NCBI GenBank assembly: GCA_964560765.1
Contig: CAZLMG010000001.1
Span: forward strand, 5,612-69,611
Direction: 5' to 3'
DNA length: 64,000 nucleotides
DNA from: an uncultured Oligoflexales bacterium
Lineage (GTDB): Bacteria; Bdellovibrionota_B; Oligoflexia; Oligoflexales; CAZLMG01
The notes under the pieces were generated by a model. The model saw only the letters and a list, made by a program, of their open reading frames with translations. It made no database searches and had not been told where the DNA came from. A program made the translations under genes and the position numbers. Positions within the stretch are counted from its first letter, which is position 1, and the number at the start of each line of letters is the position of its first letter. Positions 1-9,444 of the stretch are shown piece after piece.

Positions 1-1
1 G

Positions 2-166
2 GTTGCCAACGATCAGTCGGTCAAGGCTGGCGATACCCTGCTCATCATTGAAGCGATGAAGATGGAAAATCGAATACTCGCCCCGGATGATGGCGTCGTC
101 TTCAACCTGCGCACCAGCGACGGGGTCCTGGTGAAGGTGGGCGATGAACTTGTCAGCCTCAAGTAG
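2..166 (+). CDS. C-terminal fragment of a biotin-carrier (biotinyl attachment) domain protein, 5'-truncated by the window edge
   Basis: Frame 2 reads VANDQSVKAGDTLLIIEAMKMENRILAPDDGVVFNLRTSDGVLVKVGDELVSLK*. E-A-M-K-M is the classic biotinyl-lysine motif. This ORF is too short to appear in the ORF track. Confidence 0.75.
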   Translation, partial: VANDQSVKAGDTLLIIEAMKMENRILAPDDGVVFNLRTSDGVLVKVGDELVSLK

Positions 167-674
167 ACAGCACCGCACGCTGCGCAGTTGGCACAGCTGG
201 ATGGCCACGGCCGGGGGGATTGGCCTGGTTCCGAAAGCCCCGGGAACGTTTGGCTCGCTGCCCGGACTGGCGGTGGGCTATGGCCTGGTGCAGTGGACAT
301 TGACACTCCAGGCGCAAAGTTGGTCCATGTCTGCCATTGTTGCCTTGCTCACTGCACTCTTTGCTGCGTCCACCGCTGTCGCTGTACGCGCCATCGCCGG
401 TACAGAGCGCGCTTGGGGCGAGCATGATCCAGGTGCCATCGTCATTGACGAAGTCATCGGGCAAGCCCTAGCCGTCGCCATCATCGCATCGACGACCTGG
501 ATGTCGCTGCTGGCGGCCTTTGTCATGTTTCGAATTCTTGATATTGCCAAACCTTGGCCCATTTCCTGGGTCGATCAGAAAGTGGGTGGAGCCTGGGGCA
601 CCATGCTGGACGATGTTTTGGCCGGGGCCATGGCCGGGGCGTTGGTCTTGGCTGGGCATGCGATTTTTTTGTAA
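144..674 (+). CDS. pgpA: phosphatidylglycerophosphatase A
   Basis: GGIGLVPKAPGTFGSLPGL, IVIDEVIGQ and ILDIAKPWPISW...LDDVLAG are PgpA-type motifs. AAGGTG lies 7 nt upstream of the ATG at 144. An alternative ATG is at 201. Confidence 0.75.
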   Translation: MNLSASSRQHRTLRSWHSWMATAGGIGLVPKAPGTFGSLPGLAVGYGLVQWTLTLQAQSWSMSAIVALLTALFAASTAVAVRAIAGTERAWGEHDPGAIVIDEVIGQALAVAIIASTTWMSLLAAFVMFRILDIAKPWPISWVDQKVGGAWGTMLDDVLAGAMAGALVLAGHAIFL

Positions 675-785
675 ATATATGATTTAACTGATCTTTACCA
701 CGCCTTACCGGCCCGCATCCGGCCTATGCTATAATCGTATTAAACGATTCCATGAAATTGCAGCACATTTCGTAATGCGAGGTCG

Positions 786-1025
786 GTGATGCATGCACGT
801 TCTATGATTCGCTCTTTGAGCATGACGGCGATCGCGGTTTTCGCAACGCTGACTCTGCTCAATAGTTGTGCAAGCGGTGGCGGCGGTACCGTCGTTGGCA
901 ACGAGAGCGGGTCCGCACCCATCAACCAAGAAGAATCTAATGCCTACAAAAAGGCAATTGTGCGCTGTTACAAGATCGGCGGCACGCGCGTCGTCAAAAT
1001 CGAAGGCACCTTGCGCTGTTACTAG
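786..1025 (+). CDS. small lipoprotein, function unknown
   Basis: N-terminus MMHARSMIRSLSMTAIAVFATLTLLNSC has a signal peptide and an LNSC lipobox. Start is GTG 786 or ATG 789. A TATAAT box lies at 730-735. Confidence 0.5.
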   Translation: MMHARSMIRSLSMTAIAVFATLTLLNSCASGGGGTVVGNESGSAPINQEESNAYKKAIVRCYKIGGTRVVKIEGTLRCY

Positions 1026-1197
1026 AAATCTCTGCGAGCGCTGATCTGGCGCTCTAAGGTTTTTCCGCCCCATTTTTCCTGACCCTTTTCCTTGCCCCTC
1101 TTCGCGTCTCCTTTGCTTGCCAAATCCGCTAGTTCCAGTATGATCGGCGATCCAAGGGTCCGCCGCTAACGGCACAAATTTTCATCGTCATTTGTCC

Positions 1198-1644
1198 ATG
1201 TCTGAGGAGTTCTTTGTGGTTGAACGCACGCTTTCCATTATCAAGCCAGACGGCGTAAAGAGAAATCTGATCGGCAAGATCGTTGGCCGCTTTGAAGAAG
1301 AGGGTCTAAAGATTTCTGCCATGAACATGAAGTGGCTGAGCCGGCAAGAAGCCGAAGGCTTCTATGCGGTGCACCGTGCTCGTCCATTCTTTGGCGAGTT
1401 GGTCGACTTCATGGTCTCTGGCCCCGTCGTTATCATGTGCCTCGAAGGCGAAAATGCCATCGCCAAGAACCGCGAAATCATGGGTGCTACAAATCCAGCG
1501 CAAGCCGCCGAAGGCACCATCCGTCGCATGTTCTCCCAGTCCATCGGTGAAAACACCGTACATGGCTCGGACAGCCCCGAAACCGCGCGCCAGGAAGTTG
1601 CCTACTTCTTTCCTGGAACGTCCGTTATGACCAACTTCGCCTGA
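1198..1644 (+). CDS. ndk: nucleoside diphosphate kinase
   Basis: [12 protein letters not shown]...[14 protein letters not shown]...GTIR...NTVHGSDS gives full-length Ndk motifs including the catalytic His. ATG 1198 is preferred over TTG 1192. Confidence 0.95.
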   Translation: MSEEFFVVERTLSIIKPDGVKRNLIGKIVGRFEEEGLKISAMNMKWLSRQEAEGFYAVHRARPFFGELVDFMVSGPVVIMCLEGENAIAKNREIMGATNPAQAAEGTIRRMFSQSIGENTVHGSDSPETARQEVAYFFPGTSVMTNFA

Positions 1645-1654
1645 GAACTTATTC

Positions 1655-4246
1655 ATGCCTAATTTGACTATCGTCCAGCAGATTGCCGAAGAGTTGAAGA
1701 TCAAAGACTTTCAGGTGGCCAATACGGTCACCTTGATCTTCGAAGAAGATTGTACGATTCCCTTTGTGGCTCGTTACCGCAAAGAAAAGACGGGATCGCT
1801 GGACGAGGTCCAGTTGCGCGATGTTCGCGACCGGTACCAATATCTAGACGAACTAGAGCAGACCAAGCGCAAGTACTTCAAGGTCGTCGAAGAGTTGGCC
1901 GCAAGCCGCGCCGACGTGAAAGCGAAGCTGCCTGAGCTGAAAGCCAAGTTCATGGGCTGCAAGACCAAGCAAGAGCTTGAGGACTTGTACCTGCCCTACA
2001 AGCCCAAGCGCCGCACGCGCGCCCAAATTGCGCGCGAAAAGGGCTTGGAGCCTCTGCTCGATCTCATTCTCAACGGTCGCCGTGAAGTCAACGATCTCGT
2101 GGCTTTGGCCGCCCCCTTTGTCACGGCCAAGGACGCGACCATCGATGCGACGTTACGCGTCGAGGATGCGTCCGCAGCCTTATCCGGGGCTGCCGATATC
2201 ATGGCCGAGCGCGTGGCGGAAACGCCTGAGGTGCGCGCCATGGTCCGCGAAATTAGCAATCAAACGGGAATGCTCCTCGCCGAAAAGGTTGAAAAGCCGA
2301 CGGCGGCTGGCGCAGCGGCAGACAGCGACGGCGACGGCGAAGCCGCTCCTGCAGGCAAAAAGGACGGCAAAGGCAAGAAAGATCGCACCGCCGTCTACGA
2401 AAACTACTACAACTACCGGGAATCGATTCAAGCAGCTCCTTCCCACCGCGTGATGGCGGTGCGACGGGGCGAAGCCGAAAAGGTTTTACGCGTTCAGATC
2501 GAAGTCGATGCCGCCCGCATCGTCAATGCCATGCGCGAAAAGGTGCTTGGGCAAGAGCCGAGCACGGACGCCGTCAAGCAATGGTTGTCACAGGTGGTCG
2601 AGGATGCCTATAAGCGCCTCTTGAGCCCCTCCATTGAAACCGAGATCCGGCTAGATATTCGCCAACGAGCTGAGCAAGAGGCGATTCGCGTCTTCTCCAA
2701 GAACTTGGAAAACTTGCTACTGTTGCCGCCCATTCCCGACAAGACCGTACTGGGTGTCGATCCGGGCTTACGTACAGGTTCGAAGTTGGCTGTGGTCTCC
2801 TCGACGGGTCGGTATCTCGATCATGCGATCATCTATCCGCATCCCGAGAATTTACAACATGCGAAAAACGAAGAGGCTAAGAAAGAGATCTTGCGCCTGA
2901 TCGACGCGCACAAGCCTGAGTATATTGCGATCGGCAACGGCACTGGCAGCCGAGAGATCGATCGTTTTATCCGCCACGTGATGAAAGAGAGCGGTCGCGA
3001 AAAGATCAAGCGCTGCATCGTCAGTGAAGCGGGCGCCAGCGTTTACTCGACAGATGCGATCGCCCGAGAAGAGTTTCCCGATTTGGACCCGACCGTGCGC
3101 AGCGCCGTCAGCATTGCCCGCCGGTTGCAGGATCCGCTTGCCGAGTTGGTGAAGATTGATCCGCGCTCTATCGGCGTCGGTCAATATCAGCATGATGTGA
3201 ATGTGACCCGACTCAAGAGCAGTTTGGAAGAAGTCGTCGAAAGCTGCGTGAACCGTGTCGGCGTCAACGTCAATACTGCCAGCTTTAAACTGCTGTCGTA
3301 TGTGTCCGGCATCGGCCCCGCACTCGCCAAGAGTTTGGTTCAGTTTCGTGACGAAAAAGGTAGCTTCACCAGTCGCGCCGCCCTGCCCAGCGTGGTTGGA
3401 TTTGGCCCGAAAGCGTTTGAACAGGCTGCAGGATTTTTACGCGTACCAAACGGCGAAAACCCACTCGACAACTCCGCCGTGCATCCCGAGCGCTATGAGA
3501 TCGTACAAAAGATGGCGCAAGATCAGGGGCGCCCGATCGAGGAATTTATTGGTAACGCGCAACTGGTGAATGGCATACCGCTAGAAAACTATGTCACGGC
3601 AACGGTCGGGGTTCCAACTCTGCGCGATATCGCGGCGGAGTTGATCAAGCCGGGACGCGACCCGCGTGAAGATGGAACCCGTTTGCACTACTCGGACGAC
3701 GTGACCGAGATTGAAGATTTGAAGATCGGGATGGTTCTCAAAGGCACGATCACTAACGTCACCAACTTCGGCGCCTTTGTCGATATTGGCGTACACCAAG
3801 AGGGCCTCGTTCACATCAGTGAACTGTCCGATCAATTCGTCAAGGACCCGGCCTCTGTGGCTTCGGTCGGCGATGTGGTTGACGTGCGAGTCATCGATGT
3901 CGACGTGGCTCGACGACGCATCAGCTTGAGCTGCCGGACACCAGGTAGCAAGCCAGCTGCAGCTTCCGAACCACGGCCGCAAGGACAGCGTGGACCGCAA
4001 GGTCAAGGCGACCAGCCTCGACGCGATGGCGGCGGGCATCCAGGTCAGCGGGGTTCGAATGATCGTCATCAGCAGCGCCCACAAGCGGCAGCAGGTTCAG
4101 GTCGCGGCCCGCAAAAGGGTGGACATGGCCAGCATGGCGGCGGTCAGCGTGGCGGTGGTGGCGGTGGAGGGGGCGGCCGAGCTCCACAGCCCCAGTACAC
4201 CCTCGAGGATCTGATGAAAAAATTTAACGCGGGATTGAAGAACTGA
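1655..4246 (+). CDS. tex: Tex-like transcription accessory protein (YqgF/HhH/S1 domains) with a long Gly/Gln/Arg-rich C-terminal tail
   Basis: TIPFVARYRKEKTGSLDE and ELEDLYLPYKPKRRTRAQIAREKGLEPL are Tex N-terminal signatures. The C-terminal S1 domain reads GTITNVTNFGAFVDIG...GLVHISEL. The gene starts 11 nt after ndk. Confidence 0.85.
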   Translation: MPNLTIVQQIAEELKIKDFQVANTVTLIFEEDCTIPFVARYRKEKTGSLDEVQLRDVRDRYQYLDELEQTKRKYFKVVEELAASRADVKAKLPELKAKFMGCKTKQELEDLYLPYKPKRRTRAQIAREKGLEPLLDLILNGRREVNDLVALAAPFVTAKDATIDATLRVEDASAALSGAADIMAERVAETPEVRAMVREISNQTGMLLAEKVEKPTAAGAAADSDGDGEAAPAGKKDGKGKKDRTAVYENYYNYRESIQAAPSHRVMAVRRGEAEKVLRVQIEVDAARIVNAMREKVLGQEPSTDAVKQWLSQVVEDAYKRLLSPSIETEIRLDIRQRAEQEAIRVFSKNLENLLLLPPIPDKTVLGVDPGLRTGSKLAVVSSTGRYLDHAIIYPHPENLQHAKNEEAKKEILRLIDAHKPEYIAIGNGTGSREIDRFIRHVMKESGREKIKRCIVSEAGASVYSTDAIAREEFPDLDPTVRSAVSIARRLQDPLAELVKIDPRSIGVGQYQHDVNVTRLKSSLEEVVESCVNRVGVNVNTASFKLLSYVSGIGPALAKSLVQFRDEKGSFTSRAALPSVVGFGPKAFEQAAGFLRVPNGENPLDNSAVHPERYEIVQKMAQDQGRPIEEFIGNAQLVNGIPLENYVTATVGVPTLRDIAAELIKPGRDPREDGTRLHYSDDVTEIEDLKIGMVLKGTITNVTNFGAFVDIGVHQEGLVHISELSDQFVKDPASVASVGDVVDVRVIDVDVARRRISLSCRTPGSKPAAASEPRPQGQRGPQGQGDQPRRDGGGHPGQRGSNDRHQQRPQAAAGSGRGPQKGGHGQHGGGQRGGGGGGGGGRAPQPQYTLEDLMKKFNAGLKN

Positions 4247-5121
4247 TGAGCGCAAAGCCGGCGGTCTTAGGGGTCATTGGTGGTTCAGGCGTCTATCAAA
4301 TGGATGGCGCCAAGAAAATCGCAGAACATCGAGTCGATACGCCGTTTGGCCAACCATCGGATGCGGTCATCGAAGCCGAGGTCGGTGGCCGGCATGTCTA
4401 CTTCTTGCCGCGGCACGGTCGGGGGCACCGCTTCACCCCATCCGAAGTGAACTACCGAGCGAATATCGCTGCCTTGAAACAAATGGGTGCAACCCATGTT
4501 TTGGCGGTGAGCGCCGTCGGCATCATGCGCGAAAATATTCAGCCTGGACACTTGGTCATCCCCGATCAAATCTTCGATCGTACCAAGGGTACGCGGCCTT
4601 CGACCTTTTTTGGCGATGGTGTCGTCGGTCATGTGCAGTTTGCCGATCCCTTCTGCAATGAGTTCCGCGGACTCATCCACCAATCGGCGCAGGTACATAC
4701 AAAAGGTGTGCACTTCGGCGGTACCTATGTGTGCATGGAAGGTCCGCAGTTTTCCACGCGCGCCGAATCGAACTTTTATCGGCAAACACTTGCCCCCGCA
4801 GTGATCGGCATGACGGCTTTGCCCGAGGCAAAGTTGGCGCGGGAAGCCGAGCTTTGCTATGCCATGCTGGCCTTGGCGACCGACTATGATTGCTGGCATG
4901 AATCGGAAGAAGATGTTTCTGTGGAAGCGGTCGTGGCTGTTCTGAAGGCGAATGCGCAACTGGCTAACGCCGTGGTTCGCGAAGTCGCAAAGCAGTTGCC
5001 TGGTGGCGCGACGTGCGCACACCAGCAGGCGGCAAAATTTGCGATCATGACCGCGCCCGACGCCATTCCTCCAGCCGCAAGGCAACGATTGCAGGGACTT
5101 TACGGACATTACCTTGGCTAA
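4246..5121 (+). CDS. mtnP: S-methyl-5'-thioadenosine phosphorylase
   Basis: GVIGGSGVY...PFGQPSD...FLPRHGRGHRFTPSEVNYRANIAALKQMGATHVLAVSAVG and CMEGPQFSTRAES match MTAP. The start overlaps the tex stop (TGATG). Confidence 0.85.
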   Translation: MSAKPAVLGVIGGSGVYQMDGAKKIAEHRVDTPFGQPSDAVIEAEVGGRHVYFLPRHGRGHRFTPSEVNYRANIAALKQMGATHVLAVSAVGIMRENIQPGHLVIPDQIFDRTKGTRPSTFFGDGVVGHVQFADPFCNEFRGLIHQSAQVHTKGVHFGGTYVCMEGPQFSTRAESNFYRQTLAPAVIGMTALPEAKLAREAELCYAMLALATDYDCWHESEEDVSVEAVVAVLKANAQLANAVVREVAKQLPGGATCAHQQAAKFAIMTAPDAIPPAARQRLQGLYGHYLG

Positions 5122-5560
5122 CCCTGGCAACGCCACCAACACGGACCGCTCCGTGGTCCGTGGCGAGTTCTCTTGCTTGGTGTATTACGAAGACACGGAC
5201 TTTACCGGCTTCGTTTATCACGCCAGTTACCTGAAGTTCTGCGAACGAGCCCGCGAGCATCTGCTGGGCATTGAACGCCTACGCGACCTTTTTAGCCGCG
5301 GCATCCACTTTGTCGTGCATCATCTCGACGCGACCTTTCATGCACCCGCAAAACATGCAGACGCCTTGACCGTACGCTCCGAGGTGACGCTGGATGCCAA
5401 ACCAAGACTGACGTTTATCCAGGAAATTTGGCGCGCGGACATGGATGGCCAAGCTCGTAAGCTATTTTCCACTCACATCGACATCGCCGTCTTGAACCAC
5501 GAGAATCGGCCTGTCCGCTTGCCTGACTGGGCGATTGCGCTATTGATGGCACGACATTAG
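5114..5560 (+). CDS. YbgC/4HBT-family acyl-CoA thioesterase
   Basis: The VYYEDTDFTGFVYHASYLKFCERAR hot-dog thioesterase signature is present. The start is uncertain: TTG 5114 or in-frame GTG 5153. Confidence 0.7.
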   Translation: MANPGNATNTDRSVVRGEFSCLVYYEDTDFTGFVYHASYLKFCERAREHLLGIERLRDLFSRGIHFVVHHLDATFHAPAKHADALTVRSEVTLDAKPRLTFIQEIWRADMDGQARKLFSTHIDIAVLNHENRPVRLPDWAIALLMARH

Positions 5561-7785
5561 TCCGCTGTTAGGCGCAAAACCCGTCCCCATTCCGCCACGA
5601 GAAAATCCACATCATCGATGGCATGCTGGGTAACAGAGTGCCAGAGAATTCGTCGCTCATCATCCATGAGGAAGATACCATGCAATGGCACCTCTTCAAA
5701 CTCGTCAAACACTCCGAACATGTGATGAATACTCTGGTCGGCATCTGGTACCGTCGGTAGCGCGTTTACCGTCTCGCCGGTGGCCGTCACGGCCACCGTA
5801 TCGACTCGGTACTTGCCCAAAGTCTCTTGCATCGCCACCAGGCGGCGAAGCTGCTCGTTACAATTTAAGCACGCAGGTCCCGCCGAGAATACTAACAGCT
5901 TGTATCGACCCTTTACCGGTGAAGCCAAATGCTCCGCCGCACTCGGTGCAGCTCCCTGATAGTTTGTGAGGGTCGGGAGTTGCGGATCGATTGGACCAAG
6001 CGTCGCTAAATCCAAGGTTTCCATATAGGCGAAGCCGGCCGGATACGCAGCTCGTTCGGCAGTGTGCCGCGCCTCGGCCCGCTGAATAATCTCTGTGAGG
6101 GTGCCGGGATCTTCCTTGGCTATCGCCAAGCCGGAAAAGTCAGCCAATTGCAACGGAGGCGTCAGTACACGCACCGCTCGAGCCGTTGCTAGCGGCAGCC
6201 ATTCTCCGGAACCCGAAAGCGGCGAACGCGCAGCAAAATGCGCCAAATTTAGCGCATCGGCAGCACCAAGACGAGCAGCGCCATCGGCCGCGCTGGTCAT
6301 CAGCTTCAGCGCCAATTCATGCTCTCCGAGCTGTTGAGCGAGGAGTGCAACTTGCGTCAGTGGAGTCAAAGCGGTCTTTGCCAACTGTTCGATGAAATAT
6401 GCAGGAACGTGATCGTCGTTGCGGCGCAGTGCAATTTCAAACCAGAGGCGAGCATCTTCGAAGTTGGATACAACGCGACGCTGTGCGACTCCAGCGACAA
6501 CCTCTTCATTGCTCAACCGCTCCAATTCAATCAAGGTCGATTCGAGTTGCGGGCGTAATGTTGAAAAGGACGCTGCCAGGTGTGTCCCTGCGCGAATCTG
6601 CAGGCGGAGGATGGCCGCTTGTACCCAACGGTCAAGCTCCAAATCGCCAGTGACCAGATCCGAGAAATAACCCTGGTTCATCAGCACCTGAAACCGTTCC
6701 CAGAGCTGGTAGGCCTCCAGCTGCTGCAAGACGCCAACGGCCAGCGTCGCATGCGAAGCGCGCGATCCAAAGTGTGGCAGCCGACCAAAACGCAGCATGG
6801 CCAAAGCCCGATCGATTCCGTGGCTAGGCTGTCCGGCGGTGCCGGCCAGACGCAAACCAAAATCGCGGAAGTTATGATAGTAATTGTGCTGATTCGCCGG
6901 CATCAGGCGCCGCTCGGCCATCTGTTGGTGATCTACCCGGTGCGCCGCTTCAATGTGTCGGGTGGCATAATAGATATCCTGCGTGGCGTTAAAAATGTGG
7001 GCCGGCATGTGCCAAAGATGGGCCGTCTGGGCCTGGGCAGGGCCAACGATACGTGCCGAATCCAGGGCCTTGTACTCTTCACGCCCATTGTTCCAAAGAT
7101 GGATTTTGTAATGATGCGCTGGATGTCGAGGTGCAGCCGTGAGCACGGCGCGAATCAATTGATCCGTCTCGGCAACGACCCGTTGCTTCTCGGCAACAGC
7201 AAGTTCAGAATCCAGAACGCGGAACAACCAGTTTTGTAATGCCAGAAATGCCTTCGCCTCAACATCCTCCGGAAACTCGGCCACCAGCATTTGCAAATGC
7301 CGCAAATGCTGCTCTTGCTTGAGTTTTGGTGAAGGCAGAGCATTGTCGTACAGGGCAACAATGGCATCAAACCAAATGGCTTCGCGATTTCCGAGGACCA
7401 TCGCCTGCTCCTGCCGCAGGACCATCGCTTGATTGAAATAGTTCAAGCCGCGTTCAAAATCACCGGAGCCAAAAACCGTGTGCACAAAGGCGCCAAGAGC
7501 AAAGATCAACGGGTGCGATGGATTGCGGACCATAGCCTCGCGCATATGCCGCTCTGCTTCCGCGATCCAGAATCCATGGGTGAGCTCCAAGGCATAATCC
7601 ACATGCCGCTGACTGATCTCGTCTAGCCCTGGAATGGGAAAGGAAACCTCGGGACGACGGGTCAGTTCTGCGGGACGCAGCCTTGGGACGTCAAAGGCAA
7701 AGCCCCCACCTTCAGCATGTTGAGCGTGGCTAGTAGCTCCCCACGAGCACAAGATGATGGCGAAAATGGCGGCGATGAAATGCAT
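5557..7785 (-). CDS. secreted helical-repeat (TPR-like) protein with C-terminal thioredoxin-fold (redoxin-like) domain
   Basis: Signal peptide MHFIAAIFAIILCSWGATSHA. The C-terminus reads LLVFSAGPACLNCNEQLRRL...GIFLMDDERRILW, which resembles an AhpC/TSA/redoxin fold with a CxxC. Its stop overlaps the stop of the convergent thioesterase gene. Confidence 0.5.
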   Translation of the reverse strand: MHFIAAIFAIILCSWGATSHAQHAEGGGFAFDVPRLRPAELTRRPEVSFPIPGLDEISQRHVDYALELTHGFWIAEAERHMREAMVRNPSHPLIFALGAFVHTVFGSGDFERGLNYFNQAMVLRQEQAMVLGNREAIWFDAIVALYDNALPSPKLKQEQHLRHLQMLVAEFPEDVEAKAFLALQNWLFRVLDSELAVAEKQRVVAETDQLIRAVLTAAPRHPAHHYKIHLWNNGREEYKALDSARIVGPAQAQTAHLWHMPAHIFNATQDIYYATRHIEAAHRVDHQQMAERRLMPANQHNYYHNFRDFGLRLAGTAGQPSHGIDRALAMLRFGRLPHFGSRASHATLAVGVLQQLEAYQLWERFQVLMNQGYFSDLVTGDLELDRWVQAAILRLQIRAGTHLAASFSTLRPQLESTLIELERLSNEEVVAGVAQRRVVSNFEDARLWFEIALRRNDDHVPAYFIEQLAKTALTPLTQVALLAQQLGEHELALKLMTSAADGAARLGAADALNLAHFAARSPLSGSGEWLPLATARAVRVLTPPLQLADFSGLAIAKEDPGTLTEIIQRAEARHTAERAAYPAGFAYMETLDLATLGPIDPQLPTLTNYQGAAPSAAEHLASPVKGRYKLLVFSAGPACLNCNEQLRRLVAMQETLGKYRVDTVAVTATGETVNALPTVPDADQSIHHMFGVFDEFEEVPLHGIFLMDDERRILWHSVTQHAIDDVDFLVAEWGRVLRLTAD

Positions 7786-7976
7786 AGCAACTCCTTGGCG
7801 CTGGGTATCTTTGCAGCCACTCTATGGTCGGACATTGCGCCCTGTCAAGATGACATAGCCTACCCAAACGCCTCGCCTGCTACAATGTCCGGGAGCAGAT
7901 ATTGCCTTAGGCCGCCCCGAAGGATGGGCCGGTAAAAACGGGGGCTGTGCTATCGTGTTGGAGAGGTAAAAAACTT

Positions 7977-9440
7977 ATGCGCATTCTTTCACTGTTGCAA
8001 TTCGGCGCCGCACTCAGCCTGGCTCAGACCGCGATCGCCCGCCCACCCAACCCGTTTCTGGCCGACTCACCGTGGCCCATTTCCCACGGGCATCCCTACA
8101 ATCAGGGGGCCTCCGACTTGGCCGGTCCCATCCGCGCCAGCAAGATTCAGCAGGCTGCAGGCACGCCGGTGGCGGTGACGCTGGCCGTGTCTGGGGTAGA
8201 TGTCAGAGGGCGCCGAGTGATCTGGGGCACGACCACGGAAGAGGTATTTAAACTTGATCACGAAACGTTTCAGTACATCGACCGAATCCCTAGCGCGACA
8301 CCACAGGGCACAGAAGTGTCTGGCGCCTACAGCCTGGTCGATCGCGATGGCGCCTATGTTGTTCCCGCGGGAAACCAGTTGCGCGTCTATGGAGATCAGC
8401 AGCCGGGCAACTCCCAGTCACGAATCACCCTGCTTCGACAGCTGCAGGTTCCGACTGCGTCGCCCATCGTGGGCTTGACCATGACCTGGGACGGGAGACT
8501 TGTTTTTGTCACAGAGTCGGGACTTGTTGGCTCGGTGAACCGCGAATTGGGTGACGCGAGGTATCTGCTGCTGGAAGATGGGCGAGCGACCATCTCCAAC
8601 TCCATCGCCGCCGATGAGGCAGGAGGGGTCTACATCCTAACGGACAGATACCTGCATCAGGTCAACACACGCGAATCTAAGCTAGAACTCGGTTGGTCTG
8701 CACCCTATCCTTCTGACACCGGAACTTGGCCAGGTCGATTGGGCCCCGGCTCCGGAACTTCGCCGACGCTCATGGGAGTTGATGGTCAAGATGAGTTTGT
8801 CGCCATCACCGATGGCCGTCGGCAGATGCACATGCTGTTGTTTTGGCGGCACGAGATCCCCACCGATTGGCGAGGATTAGCGGGCTACGATCGACGCATC
8901 GCCGCTGCGGAACCCGTAACCTTTGGCTTGAAGGGGCGCAACCGCGCTGCAACTGAGCAATCGCTCACCGCAAGTGGCTATGGCGTCGCCGCCGTCAGCA
9001 ATACTTATGGTGAGCTGAGTCGTTTGCAACGTGCTGGCATCCGTAGGCGCTGCGGCGATACAAAGTGGTGCTACGAAAAGGGACTCATCTATTTATCAAA
9101 CGAACCCAACATTGCCCCGTATGGCGTGGAAAAATTTGAGTGGGATCCCGGATCTCGGCGACTTCGCAGCCAGTGGGCGCGACCCGACATCAGCTGTCCC
9201 AATGGTATCCCCGGCCTGAGTGAAGCTTCGCATGCCTACTACTGTATCGGTCAACGCCGAGCGGACTGGACGTTGGAAGTCCTTGATTGGCGCAGCGGTG
9301 CCAGTCGTAGCACTAGCAAGTTCCCTTGCGGCTTCGGCCGCCGCTGCCCGCAGTACAATAGCTTCTATGCTGGTGTCCAACTGCTTGGCGAGGGCACCCT
9401 GATTACGGGTGCCTATGGCGGGCCCATGCAGTTGAAGTGA
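7977..9440 (+). CDS. secreted protein, function unknown
   Basis: ATG 7977 is preceded by GGAGAGG. Signal peptide MRILSLLQFGAALSLAQTAIA. I recognise no family motif. Confidence 0.5.
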   Translation: MRILSLLQFGAALSLAQTAIARPPNPFLADSPWPISHGHPYNQGASDLAGPIRASKIQQAAGTPVAVTLAVSGVDVRGRRVIWGTTTEEVFKLDHETFQYIDRIPSATPQGTEVSGAYSLVDRDGAYVVPAGNQLRVYGDQQPGNSQSRITLLRQLQVPTASPIVGLTMTWDGRLVFVTESGLVGSVNRELGDARYLLLEDGRATISNSIAADEAGGVYILTDRYLHQVNTRESKLELGWSAPYPSDTGTWPGRLGPGSGTSPTLMGVDGQDEFVAITDGRRQMHMLLFWRHEIPTDWRGLAGYDRRIAAAEPVTFGLKGRNRAATEQSLTASGYGVAAVSNTYGELSRLQRAGIRRRCGDTKWCYEKGLIYLSNEPNIAPYGVEKFEWDPGSRRLRSQWARPDISCPNGIPGLSEASHAYYCIGQRRADWTLEVLDWRSGASRSTSKFPCGFGRRCPQYNSFYAGVQLLGEGTLITGAYGGPMQLK

Positions 9441-9444
9441 CTGA

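Noticed and set aside
4051-4062. GGGTTCGAATGA, reminiscent of a tRNA T-arm (GGTTCGAAT)
   Set aside because: It lies inside the Tex coding frame, with no flanking acceptor, D-arm or anticodon-arm complementarity.
4151-4178. GGC/GGT-rich run that looks like a simple-sequence repeat
   Set aside because: It is in frame within the Tex tail and encodes poly-Gly. It is not an independent repeat element or a CRISPR-like array.
4285-5142. 285-aa ORF antisense to mtnP
   Set aside because: It lies fully inside, and opposite to, a gene with unambiguous MTAP motifs. Its Arg/Gly/His-rich composition is typical of mirror-frame ORFs in GC-rich DNA.
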